Positions 25,981 to 37,250 of a stretch of 64,000 nt of DNA are shown here, one piece after another. The notes below the pieces were generated by a model, which saw only the letters and a program-made list of their open reading frames with translations, did not search any database and was not told the DNA's origin. The DNA is taken from contig NW_021835383.1 of NCBI RefSeq assembly GCF_006345805.1, positions 1-64,000 on the forward strand. Direction: 5' to 3'. The position numbers were made by a program, and so were the translations under genes. The first letter of the stretch is position 1, and the number at the start of each line of letters is the position of its first letter. Source of the DNA: Octopus sinensis (Eukaryota).

Positions 25981-26039
25981 GTTCTGCTGACGATCATTAG
26001 ACGTAAGTTGAATGTGAAATCACGGTGATGATACAGAAC
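25981..26039 (+). ncRNA. Type I hammerhead ribozyme, monomer 2 (same TGA duplication)
   Basis: Same motif as monomer 1. Confidence 0.7.
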
Positions 26040-26464
26040 TAAATTCATTTTTTTAAATGTCTTGCTTTGAAAAACTGCATTTGGGTAGATTAGTATAATT
26101 TGGTTGGTAGTAATGACTTTGTCCCTCCTAGTGTGAGGCATTTATGTGTAATAATGCCCTCTATACAATATAGATATAATTAATTTGTTCAAAAGAAAAA
26201 AATTATTTTGGAAGTCTTTTCTTTTATGAGGTTTTCACGCTAGGCTACCCGATAATTTCTTGTTAAGATCCCTTATTAAGAGATTATCCTTAATTGTTAA
26301 ACTTATTCGAAATACTTTTCATACCCGACATGCAGTTCGTTAAAAAGCCCGCCATTTACCGGATATATGATTTATAAACATTCCATGTGCTTGGCCGGAG
26401 TGAGCAGTTGTCTGTTCGTCTTCGCTACGTAAGGTTGGTAGTTATTTATGATGTTTCAGAATCA

Positions 26465-26518
26465 GTTCTGCTGACGATCATAGACGTAAGTTGAATGTGA
26501 AATCACGGTGATACAGAC
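26465..26518 (+). ncRNA. Type I hammerhead ribozyme, monomer 3
   Basis: Core intact; 1-nt differences in stem II and in the stem I 3' arm (cagacc). Confidence 0.7.
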
Positions 26519-26939
26519 CTAATTCATTTTTTTAAATGTCTTGCTTTGAAAAACTGCATTTGGGTATGATTAGTATAATTTTGGTAGTAATGACTTTGTC
26601 CCTCCTAGTGTGAGGCATTTATGTGTAATAATGCCCTCTATACAATATAGATATAATTAATTTGTTCAAAAGAAAAAAATTATTTTCGAAGTCTTTTCTT
26701 TTATGAGGTTTTCACGCTAGCTACCCGATAATTTGTTAAGATCCCTTATTAAGAGATTATCCTTAATTGTTAAACTTATTCCGAAATACTTTTCATTACC
26801 CGACATTCAGTTCGTAAAAAGCCCGCCATTTACCGGATATATGATTTATAAACATTCCATGTGCTTGGCGGAGTGAGCAGTTGTCTGTTCGTTTCGTACG
26901 TAAGGTTGGTTAGTTTTATTTATGATGTGTTCAGAATCA

Positions 26940-26997
26940 GTTCTGCTGACGATCATTAGACGTAAGTTGAATGTGAAATCACGTGTTGATACAGAAC
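26940..26997 (+). ncRNA. Type I hammerhead ribozyme, monomer 4
   Basis: Core intact; stem III atca-cgtgt-tgat, then A and cagaac. Confidence 0.7.
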
Positions 26998-27423
26998 TAA
27001 ATTCATTTTTTTAAATTTCTTGCTTTGAAAAACTGCATTGGGGTATGATTAGTATAATTTTGGTAGTAATGACTTTGTCCCTCCTAGTGTGAGGCATTTA
27101 TGTGTAATAATGCCCTCTATACAATATATATATAATTAATTTGTTCAAAAGAAAAAAATTATTTTCGAAGTTTTTCTTTTATGAGGTTTTCACGCTAGCT
27201 ACCGATAATTTCTTGTTAAGATCCTTATTAAGAGATTATCCTTAATGTTAAACTTATTCCGAAATACTTTTCATTACCCGACATGCAGTTCGTAAAAAGC
27301 CCGCCATTTACCGGATATATGATTTATAAACATTCCATGTGCTTGGCCGGAGTGAGGTGAGCAGTGTCTGTTCGTCTTCGCTACGTAAGGTTGGTAGTTT
27401 ATTTATGATGTGGTTCAGAATCA

Positions 27424-27481
27424 GTTCTGCTGACGATCATTAGACGTAAGTTGAATGTGTGAAATCACGGTGATACAGAAC
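27424..27481 (+). ncRNA. Type I hammerhead ribozyme, monomer 5
   Basis: Core intact; extra GT at the 3' base of stem II. Confidence 0.7.
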
Positions 27482-27907
27482 TAAATTCATTTTTTTAAAT
27501 GTCTTGCTTTGAAAAACTGCATTTGGGTTATGATTAGTATAATTTTGGTAGTAATGACTTTGTCCCTCCTAGTGGTGAGGCATTTATGTGTAATAATGCC
27601 CTCTATACAATATAGCTATATAATTAATTTGTTCAAAAGAAAAAAATTATTTTCGAAGTCTTTTCTTTTATGAGGTTTTCACGCTAGCTACCCGATAATT
27701 TCTTGTTAAGATCCCTTATTAAGAGATTATCCTTAATTGTTAAACTTATTCCGAAATACTTTTCATTACCACATGCAGTTCGTAAAAAGCCCGCCATTTA
27801 CCGGATATATGATTTATAAACATTCCATGTGCTTGGCCGGAGTGAGCAGTTGTCTGTTCGTCTTCGCTACGTAAGGTTGGTAGTTATTTATGATGTGTTC
27901 AGAATCA

Positions 27908-27963
27908 GTTCTGCTGACGATCATTAGACGTAAGTTGAATGTGAAATCACGGTGATACAGAAC
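27908..27963 (+). ncRNA. Type I hammerhead ribozyme, monomer 6 (consensus; predicted cleavage after A27957)
   Basis: Stem I gttctg/cagaac (6 bp), CUGACGA 27914-27920, stem II capped by GUAA, GAAA 27943-27946, stem III AUCAC-G-GUGAU, H17=A. Confidence 0.88.
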
Positions 27964-28387
27964 TAAATTCATTTTTTTAAATGTCTTGCTTTGAAAAACT
28001 GCATTTGGGTATGATTAGTATAATTTTGGTAGTAATGACTTTGTCCCTCCTAGTGTGAGGCATTTATGTGTAATAATGCCCTCTATACAATATAGATATA
28101 ATTAATTTGTTCAAAAGAAAAAAATTATTTTCGAAGTCTTTTCTTTTATGAGGTTTTCACGCTAGCTACCCGATAATTTCTTGTTAAGATCCCTTATTAA
28201 GAGATTATCCTTAATTGTTAAACTTATTCCGAAATACTTTTCATTACCCGACATGCAGTTCGTAAAAAGCCCGCCATTTACCGGATATATGATTTATAAA
28301 CATTCCATGTGCTTGGCCGGAGTGAGCAGTTGTCTGTTCGTCTTCGCTACGTAAGGTTGGTAGTTATTTATGATGTGTTCAGAATCA

Positions 28388-28443
28388 GTTCTGCTGACGA
28401 TCATTAGACGTAAGTTGAATGTGAAATCACGGTGATACAGAAC
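28388..28443 (+). ncRNA. Type I hammerhead ribozyme, monomer 7 (consensus; predicted cleavage after A28437)
   Basis: Identical to monomer 6, 480 nt downstream. Confidence 0.88.
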
Positions 28444-28865
28444 TAAATTCATTTTTGTAAATGTCTTGCTTTGAAAAACTGCATTTGGGTATGATTAGTA
28501 TAATTTGGGTAGTAATGACTTTGTCCCTCCTAGTGTGAGGCATTTATGTGTAATAATGCCCTCTATACAATATAGATATAATTAATTTGTTCAAAAGAAA
28601 AAAATTATTTTCGAAGTCTTTTCTTTTATGAGGTTTTCACGCTAGCTACCCGATAATTTCTTGTTAAGATCCCTTATTAAGAGATTATCCTTAATTGTTA
28701 AACTTATTCGAAATACTTTTCATTACCCGACATGCAGTTCGTAAAAAGCCCGCCATTTACCGGATATATGATTTATAAACATCCATGTGCTTGGCCGGAG
28801 TGAGCATTGTCTGTTCGTCTTCGCTACGTAAGGTTGGTAGTTTATTTATGATGTGTTCAGAATCA

Positions 28866-28921
28866 GTTCTGCTGACGATCATTAGACGTAAGTTGAATGT
28901 GAAATCACGGTGATACAGAAC
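28866..28921 (+). ncRNA. Type I hammerhead ribozyme, monomer 8 (consensus; predicted cleavage after A28915)
   Basis: Identical motif to monomers 6 and 7. Confidence 0.88.
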
Positions 28922-29165
28922 TAAATTCATTTTTTTAAATGTCTTGCTTTGAAAAACTCTGCATTAGGGTATGATTAGTATAATTTTGGTAGTAATGACT
29001 TTGTCCCTCCTAGTGTGAGGCATTTATGTGTAATAATGCCCTCTATACAATATATATATATATATATATATACATACAATCACACACACCACATATATAT
29101 ATTATATGATGAAAGTATATATACTGATAGAGAAGTAAGTCCGGAGTCTGCCGAAGACGGGCCAG

Positions 29166-29217
29166 TCCTTACTAATAAGGAAGCGGAAATTGCCGAAACT
29201 GACTGTCAGTATAAGGA
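29166..29217 (+). ncRNA. Decayed type I hammerhead ribozyme (core mutated)
   Basis: tcctta CTAATAA gg...cc GAAA ctgac-t-gtcag TA taagga: perfect stems I and III, but CUGAUGA has become CUAAUAA. Confidence 0.6.
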
Positions 29218-29274
29218 ATTCTCGAATATGTAATATAATGTATACATTTATATATTATATATAATATATATATA

Positions 29275-29305
<31 letters not shown>

Positions 29306-29596
29306 ATAATATATATAATATATATATATATACTATATGTATTATGTATATAGAGTTAGTTCAAATAAAACATTAAAAACAAAACTGGGAGAAAGCGAAA
29401 AACATAAGAAGTAAACGAACGTGAGAATGTTCACAAGAAATATTGTAATTAGACGCTCGATGAAGGGAGATAACTGTTTTTAATGTTTTGAGCTTAGCAC
29501 TTCATCGGAAACAAAAATGTCCAAAGAGAAAGAAGGAAAAATATAGGAAAATCACCGCCAGCCCACGTGCGGTTACATTTCTGATGTGACCGAAAG

Positions 29597-29630
<34 letters not shown>

Positions 29631-29701
29631 CACCCACATACACACTATTATATACATATATGTAGATGTATGTGTATATATATGTATTATATATACATGC
29701 A

Positions 29702-29735
<34 letters not shown>

Positions 29736-29803
29736 CATACATACACACACGCTCACACACACACATACACACACACACACACACACACCACATATATGTA
29801 TAT

Positions 29804-29959
29804 GAGTGGCTATGTGGTAAGTAGCTTGCTTACCAACCAAATGGTTCTGGTTCAGTCCCACTGCGTAGCACCTTGGGCAAGTATCTTCTATAGCCTCGGG
29901 CCGACCAAAGCCTTGTGAGTGGATTTGGTAGACAGAAACTGAAAGAAGCTCGTCGTATC

Positions 29960-30002
<43 letters not shown>

Positions 30003-30211
30003 ATGTGTGTATGCTTATGTGTCTGTGTTTGTCCCCCAACATCGCTTGACAACCGATGCTGGTGTGTTTACGTCCCCGTAACTTAGCGGTTCATTATGAG
30101 AGACCGATAGAATAAGTACTAGGCTTACAAAGAATAACTCCTGGGTTCGATTGGCTCGGACTAAAGGCGGCGCTCCAGCATGGCCGCAGTCAAATGATTG
30201 AAACAAAAGAA
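29804..30211 (+). mobile_element. SINE family B
   Basis: gagtggctatgtggtaagtagc...ggttcagtcccactgcgtagcaccttgggcaagt..., internal (TA)(TG), 3' half. Confidence 0.9.
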
Positions 30212-30349
30212 ATACACGGATGTATATATATCTATATACATATTGCATGTGCATATATACATATGAATGTGTATATATATATATATATATATTATACGCA
30301 TGTGTATATGTATATGCGTGTGTATATATACGCATGTATATATGTGTGC

Positions 30350-30392
<43 letters not shown>

Positions 30393-31775
30393 TATATATA
30401 TATATATATATTACATATATACATATATATATATATACATATACATTAAATTGAGCCCTAACATACATAATATAGCAAGTATGAAGTCAAGAAGCGTTAA
30501 CTGATTAATTTTAGAGCAATTGTGTGAAGAACTAATTATGCTAATGACTAAGGCTCTTGAAAAAAGACAAGGGAGACAACCAATCACCGGAATTTAAATT
30601 AATTAAAAATGAACTATATATGTATGTTTCTTTGCATGTGCGCATTCCTGCATGTTTGCACGCGCGCGTGTGTATATGTGTTCGTGTGTTTTATCTTCCG
30701 CTGTCTCAAGTACCGTAGGCTAGACTGCATTTAAGTATCGAGAATGACGAAGTTATAGAGAAAACAAAAATACCTCTTCAATAATGAAGGAAAAATTATT
30801 TCAATTTGGGTGTGTCGGCCAGTATCTCAAGTATTTAAAGTAAAAATACTTTCGTGTATGTTTGCTTTTACACATATACACTTACATACATTCACTCAAA
30901 CACACTCTCACAAACGCATACGCACACAGAAGCACGTACATATACACATATATATGCGTGTATCAGTCTTCTTACATGCAAGTATGCATCTATCTAAGCA
31001 TTTAACGAATGACGTCGTCCCTCTTGCCAAACGCATAAAATTATAATATGGCCTGTTACTTGAGATTGTTAGTAAGATTATACAATAATATATTCATAGT
31101 GGAGAGAATTTTATTAGTTACGTAATCCCATGGAACTTTATCGTGCGACAATAAAAATATGTTGATCAGTTAAGGCCATAGCTAAACCGGAAGTAAGTAA
31201 TCCACCATTTGCATTTTGGTAGCATATGAAAATGCTGACTGATATTCTGAGTTTGAAATAAGGGATAAAATCGATAACCTACTCTACTGCGAGAGAAAAG
31301 ACAAGAAGTATTGAAATAATGCTTAATGTCCATATTAATTTGCTTCTTACTCCAAACTGGGTCGTATTTTGTGTCTGTCTAACGACTCTGTTCAGACTGG
31401 TCTAGGAACCAGTTCATGGACTTAGTAAATAATTCATAATATGTAATTATACATTAGAAATTCTTATGTATTTATTTTGTTATCTTGTATCATGCATGTT
31501 GTGAACAATAGAGTCGTTGGTTTAAAGGCTTCTATCAGGCTAAACAATGATTAACCGAATTTCTGAAGGTGAGTATGACATGAGACCGTTTGTGCAATTT
31601 GGACAGAAAAAAAATATCACAATATTATTTTTGTTCGCCGCATGAATTTATTAGTAAATTTTCTCGCCAACATGTAGATTTTTTTCACACCGCACGGGTA
31701 TAACACACACGACTCTCTCTCTCTGTATATATATACATTATATATATGTATATATACATATATATATGTATATAT

Positions 31776-31828
<53 letters not shown>

Positions 31829-31850
31829 TATATATATATGTATATATATG

Positions 31851-31953
<103 letters not shown>

Positions 31954-32080
31954 CATTGTTTGTTTGTACTCCACCTGCCTTAGTCTTTTGTTTATTTTCG
32001 TAAACCTTCCCGTTATATATATTATTATATATATATATATAATATATACTTTATTTTAAGCAGCAGAAAATTCAACAAAA

Positions 32081-32122
32081 TCTGTTACTCTGAGTTTCTC
32101 GTTGCCATTCATCAGACAGTTT
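32081..32122 (-). ncRNA. Minimal type I hammerhead ribozyme (minus strand)
   Basis: Reverse complement: ctgt CTGATGA atg-gcaa-cga GAAA ctc-a-gag TA acag. Confidence 0.7.
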
Positions 32123-32132
32123 TTGTTAGAAA

Positions 32133-32170
32133 CTGTCTGATGAACGACAACGAGAAACTCAGAGTAACAG
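32133..32170 (+). ncRNA. Minimal type I hammerhead ribozyme (plus strand; predicted cleavage after A32166)
   Basis: ctgt CTGATGA acg-acaa-cga GAAA ctc-a-gag TA acag; stem I CUGU/ACAG, palindromic stem III; 10.1-11.1 is an A.A mismatch. Confidence 0.72.
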
Positions 32171-32325
32171 ATTTTGTTGAATTTCTGCTGCTTAAAATAA
32201 AGCATATTACTCTACCACTGGTATTTGAGTACTCTTTTTTCCACCTTGTTTCACATTTATATGTTTACTCCGGTATATATATATATATATATATATATTA
32301 TCATACATATACACACACATATATT

Positions 32326-32376
<51 letters not shown>

Positions 32377-32840
32377 GGGAGAGGGAGAGAGTCGCGCACA
32401 CGCACAAATGTACCGATATTTATCTATATATCTATCTATCTACCTATCCATCTGCTACGTAAATATGTATGCATTCATACATGGATGTATTTACGTCTGT
32501 ATGTCTGTATGTATGCATGCATATACATTCATGCTTTACTTACACACGCCATATAACGCTGATTCACAAACAAACAAGCACACATCAAATGGACTTCTGC
32601 ACAGTTTCCGTCTAACAACCTATACTAGCAAAATCTCAGTCAAATAAAACCTATGACAAAAATCACTTGTTCTAAATGTCACACAATCGGATAAACTCCC
32701 AAATCACGTGATTGCTTTATAAATATCCTAGCTAGACAGCCATTCCTACTTCCAAATTTTCCTACCTAGTCATAATATAACGATAGAGCAAATGAATTCT
32801 AGGGCATATATTAATAATATATGCGACTGTACTATGCATA

Positions 32841-33210
32841 GGCGCAGGAGTGGCTGTGTAGTAAGTAGCTTGTTTACCAACCAAATGGTTCCGGGTTCAG
32901 TCCCACTGCGTGACAACTTGGGCAAGTGTCTTCTACTAAAGCCTTGTGAGTGGATTTGGTAGACGGAAACTAAAAGAAGCCCGTCGTATATATGTATATA
33001 TATATATATATATACATGCGTGTGTGTGTTTGTGTGTTGCTTCACAACAGATGCTGGTGTGTTTACTTAGCGGTTCGGCAAAAAGAGACCGATAGAATAA
33101 GTACTGGGCTTACAAAAGAATAAGTCCGGGGGTCGAGTTGCTAGATTAAAGGCGGTGCTCCAGTATGGCCGCAGTCAAATGACTGAAACAAATAAAAGAG
33201 TAAAAGAGTA
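32841..33210 (+). mobile_element. SINE family B
   Basis: ggcgcaggagtggctgtgtagtaag (A box), gggttcagtccc (B box), core, internal microsatellite, tail aaaagagtaaaagag. Confidence 0.9.
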
Positions 33211-33769
33211 TGCTATATAATAAATCTATAGGTTTCAGTGTGTGCTAATTTAAAAGTCTTTCTATAAAAATCACTTGAGCTACTGAGTACCCATCTTAAC
33301 TACCCTTAGAATTTTGTGTCTATAACCATTAGTGTTAACAGCTTCAGGAAAATCGCAGAAGTCGATTTGCAGAAATAAAGCATTTCCAGTAGGTACTTCG
33401 ATAAATAAATCACTGACTTGTTGGCTGTGTTTTGTCATAATGCTATTCTGTCTTGGTGCAATTGTTTCGATGCTATAGAGCATATTTACCAATTTTAGCC
33501 AACACTTCGTAAATAAATTATCTAAATAAAATGACTCCGTGGACAGTTAAAGAGGTTGGTCGGTGGAGGAAATCGTATGGTTAAAACTCGTTCACAGTTT
33601 CCCCCGTTTTAGTCCGCAGAAAGAGACAGAGAGAGACAAAAAAAGAGAGAGAAAGAAAATGTACACAGCACAAATCATATCTGTTTCTTCTTTAACTTGG
33701 AGCTTTGTTTAAAATTTAAGATTTAATTTATGATGTTTAAGATTTAGTTTACGATGTATTACAGTATCA

Positions 33770-36700
33770 AATCAAATCGTTGCGTTTGAGAAAACTTCTG
33801 TTGTAAGGACTGACATAAGTCTACAATTGACTTTTCTTCTTTTTTTGTGAATATATATCTTCCTATTAGGGAAAAGTCAGCTCTGTTCAATTTAAGATCA
33901 GAAATAGAGCTTCTAAGACTAAGGGCCTCCACAAATGAGGAAAAATTTAAAAGCATCGACGAGGAGATGCACAATATAATACAGAAACATACCGAGGGAC
34001 AACCCCTCGAAACTACATTAGATCATTGGAAAGATACCTGTGAAAAAGAGAGAGAAATTCTCTCCTGCGCTGGGAGAAAAACATCGATTTCTTCCAAAAA
34101 TATAGTTCAACTTTCAAAATGAATTGGGTACAAATAATCCCTTCCTTAAGAAAATTACAAAAAATAAAAAGAAAACCAAGCAACCCACGAACAACCCCAA
34201 CTGTCCTCCATACACTAAAAACAGAAATCACCCACAACCAACCTTTGCAAACCACGCAAGACCTAACAGGGAACTAGCTGACAGATGACGCGTCTATAAA
34301 TAAATTACACCAAAACAGAACACACACCAACAACATCCTAATACCAGACCCCAACCACCATACAGCACAAAACGACACTAGAATAAGAAATACACACACA
34401 CAAGTCGCTACTACCCCATGAACCAAATTACTACTGGTCCCCACTGAACACAAGACAAACGCAAAAAAACACTATGTCAAGCAACATCCCACATACAAGC
34501 AGTTCGAAACAAAAATATTTCACATACAGAAATTTTAACACAACACCACAAACAAAAACAACCATAGATTCCCACACACACACAACGATCGGGGGCAACA
34601 TACCACCATTCCCCCGACCCAATATCACACAACCTCACAGACAACTCATACAAACAAAATTAAACCCCCCTTTTTTAGCCAGGGACCAGAGACACCAGGA
34701 CACAGGCTGGAACCTAGTAATAAGGAAAACCGAAGATAATCAATCTTTCAACCAAACCTCTTTCTAACATAAAAATTGACATCCTCTCAAAAGGGCTCAA
34801 ATTTACACCAACTCCACGCAGAGCCAACCTAAATGAATCAAGGATAATATAACAGAATTTTGCAGAAAATTAAGACTAGCAGAAGCATCAACCAGTTTCA
34901 ATACTGAAGATGAATCACTAGTCAAGAACAAAAGTGAACACATCCCACACAGAGGAAGAAATAAAGATCTTGACGAATTCTGTAACCCATTGAGACTTTC
35001 CCTACCATACTATACATAAACAGAAAGTTAACTCAAATTTTAACACTACACAGGAAGAACTGATAGAACTTCAAAATGATGAGGATATAACCATAAAGGA
35101 AGCAGACAAGGGAAATGCAGTTGTAATAATGGATACATCATACTACAGAAATCTTGTAATTTCCTTGCTTGATGACGACCTACATTATGAAAAAATTACC
35201 AACTACACCCCACAAAAAATAATGAAAACTCTATCTTCACTAATGAAGATAGTGAAGTTCCATGAAAAGGAACTAACAACCAAAGAGATTGACTTTCTAA
35301 CAAACTTTAAATGCAAACCTAGCCTTTTCTATGGTCTGCCAAAATTTCATAAAAGTCAAATTATAAATGAAACCATTAAAAAAATCACCAAAGACATACA
35401 TACACACACCTAACTCGGGGGACCTAAAACTACGACCCATTGTAGCTGGCCCAACCTGTGAAACACACAGACTAAGTCTATTTATGGACATCCTCCTGAA
35501 ACCCTTCCTTAAACATATCGATAGCCATATCAGAGATGACTTAGATATGTTAAACACCTTCCAAAAAAAGCCAAGGAAGAAACAATCCTGGTTTCATTTG
35601 ATGTAGTTAACTTTATACCAGTATACCTCATAATTATGGACTAGAGGCAATACAGTTCTGGCTGGACCAATTTCCGGAAGAAATACCAAAAAGGATCAGT
35701 AAAGAATTCATTACTAAATCAATTGAATTCGTCCTACACAATAACCACTTCATGTTTGACAATACATTTTACCGTCAAAAATCCAGAATTGCTATGGGTA
35801 CAAGGGCAGCACCAGTCATTACGAACCTAACAATGGGCTACATGGAAATAATCATTTACCAGGAATCTTTATCAATCTTTGGAAACCCCCTTTCTCAATA
35901 CGTAAAGAGAAATGGAAACGATTCTTAGACGATTGTTTTATACTCTGGAATGAAAACACAGATAAACTCCTAAAATTTAAAAACCTATTGAACAGCATAA
36001 ACCCAAATATACAGTTCACAATGGAATACAACCAAAAGGCTCCCGTTCTTGGATATACTAATTAAAAAAATTAACCTTAAAATAGAAACAGACATTTTTT
36101 ACAAAGCCACAGACGCCAAGCAATACCTTCTTTTTATTCATGCCACCCAAGACACACTAAAACAAACATCGCCTTCAACCTTGCAAGAAGGATATGCACA
36201 ATAGTGTCAGAACAAAATACCAGGACTTTAGACGGCAGGAACTCAAAAACACCCTAATTGACAGACATTACCCAGCTCAACTCATAGAGGATGGGATCAG
36301 ACTGTGTAACAGAAATCAACATAGAACTTAAGAAAAGTTCAACACAACAACACACCTTCCCCGAAAATACTACCTTACGTATCTACATACAACCCCAGAA
36401 ACAAAGAAGCCTTCACCATCATCACCCAGATTTACCAATACTCATAAGGACCCCAAATTAAAGGAAATTCTAAACATACACCAAATCATTAAAAGCTACA
36501 AACAACCTAAATCACTTAAAAAGATTCTCACAAGGGCAAAATTGTCTTCTGAATTACGGATGCAAAAGTAAAAAAATGTGGTAGATCGACTGTGCAACAT
36601 GTCCAAACCTGCTAGAAGGATCAGAATTCCTCTTTAAAGAGGGACAGAAATTCAAGATCAAATCTAACTTACTTGTGCCTCTGAAAACATAATTTATGTC

Positions 36701-37250
36701 ATAAAATGCTCGGGCTGCCACCAAGACTACGTGGGATCCACGGGACTATCATTCAGACGTAGATGCACACTGCATCGACAACAGATTGCATTCCCAGAAT
36801 ACAGAATGATACCTTTTAGTGAGCACATTGAGAAATGCGCAAAGCAACTACTACCACAATTTTTAATCTTTCCATTTTACCAATGTGCTTTCGGATCGTC
36901 AACACAAATTAGACTAAACAAGGAAACATTCTTCATTGAAAAGTACAAGCCCAGACTTAACCATCCTAACATACTGATACAGAGAAATTCACACCAAGGG
37001 AAAGGTAATATTTTTTAAGCGATTATCTCCCTTACACCGGAAGAAATCACTCATTACCTCCCCTTATTTAGAACTCTTCTGAACATAAACGTAACGATAA
37101 CTCTGTCCAACATAAACATAACGTCGCAAGAAATTTGAAAAGCTAAACGCGAAACCAGTCTTTCTTCTAAACTATGTCATTATAAGAGAAACATTTTTTT
37201 TTAATATTCTTCAGACATATTGACGCAAATATATATTTTTTAACATTTAA
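33770..37250 (+). mobile_element. Penelope-like element (Penelope/Poseidon type): RT + GIY-YIG endonuclease, multiply frameshifted
   Basis: ILSKGLKFTPTP (~34777), IKEADKGNAVVIM, FYGLPKFHK, LRPIVAGPTCET, ILVSFDVVN, IAMGTRAAP, RFLDDCF, PFLDI, CGRS.CATCP, IYVIKCSGCHQDYVGST, KETFFIEKYKPRLN; stop at 37018. Ends approximate. Confidence 0.92.
37128..37166 (+). ncRNA. Probable decayed hammerhead relic in the Penelope 3' region
   Basis: aagaaa tTTGAAAA gc-taaac-gc GAAA ccag TC tttctt: stem I aagaaa/tttctt and GAAACC(A/G)GTC present; core degenerate with an extra nucleotide. Confidence 0.4.

Larger units (their letters stand above)
25165..29050 (+). repeat. Tandem array of eight ~480-bp monomers plus a 39-bp partial, one hammerhead ribozyme per monomer (retrozyme-like)
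   Basis: agtgtgagg recurs at 25165, 25646, 26130, 26607, 27086, 27571, 28052, 28532, 29012 (spacing 477-485; exactly 480 for the last copies). Differences are mostly 1-2 nt indels. Confidence 0.97.
32049..32275. mobile_element. Inverted pair of hammerhead-bearing (Penelope pLTR-like) fragments within (TA)n
   Basis: Arms 32049-32122 and 32130-32202 are reverse complements (2 mismatches, 1 indel); the + copy continues to 32275; (TA)n on both sides. Confidence 0.8.

Noticed and set aside
25406-26141. 83-aa and 89-aa minus-strand ORFs (MPHTRRDKVITT...) in the array
   Set aside because: Present only in monomers 1-2 because of indels near homopolymers; the consensus monomers hit a stop (gac att taa). 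No recognisable protein.
25165-29050. Array as a CRISPR or rDNA/5S/histone repeat
   Set aside because: No unique spacers, and no rRNA, tRNA or histone sequence in the unit; whole 480-bp units repeat.
25165-29050. Opposite-polarity ribozyme or Pol III promoter in the monomer
   Set aside because: No CUGANGA on the minus strand. TGGCCGGAGTGA is A-box-like, but the best B-box candidate (TGTTCAGAATCA) is poor.
29470-29520. Hammerhead-like remnant on the minus strand (CCGATGA...AAAACATTA)
   Set aside because: Two core substitutions and an out-of-register stem I; too degenerate to support.
32841-32910. SINE heads as tRNA genes
   Set aside because: A and B boxes are present, but there is no complete cloverleaf and they run into SINE bodies.
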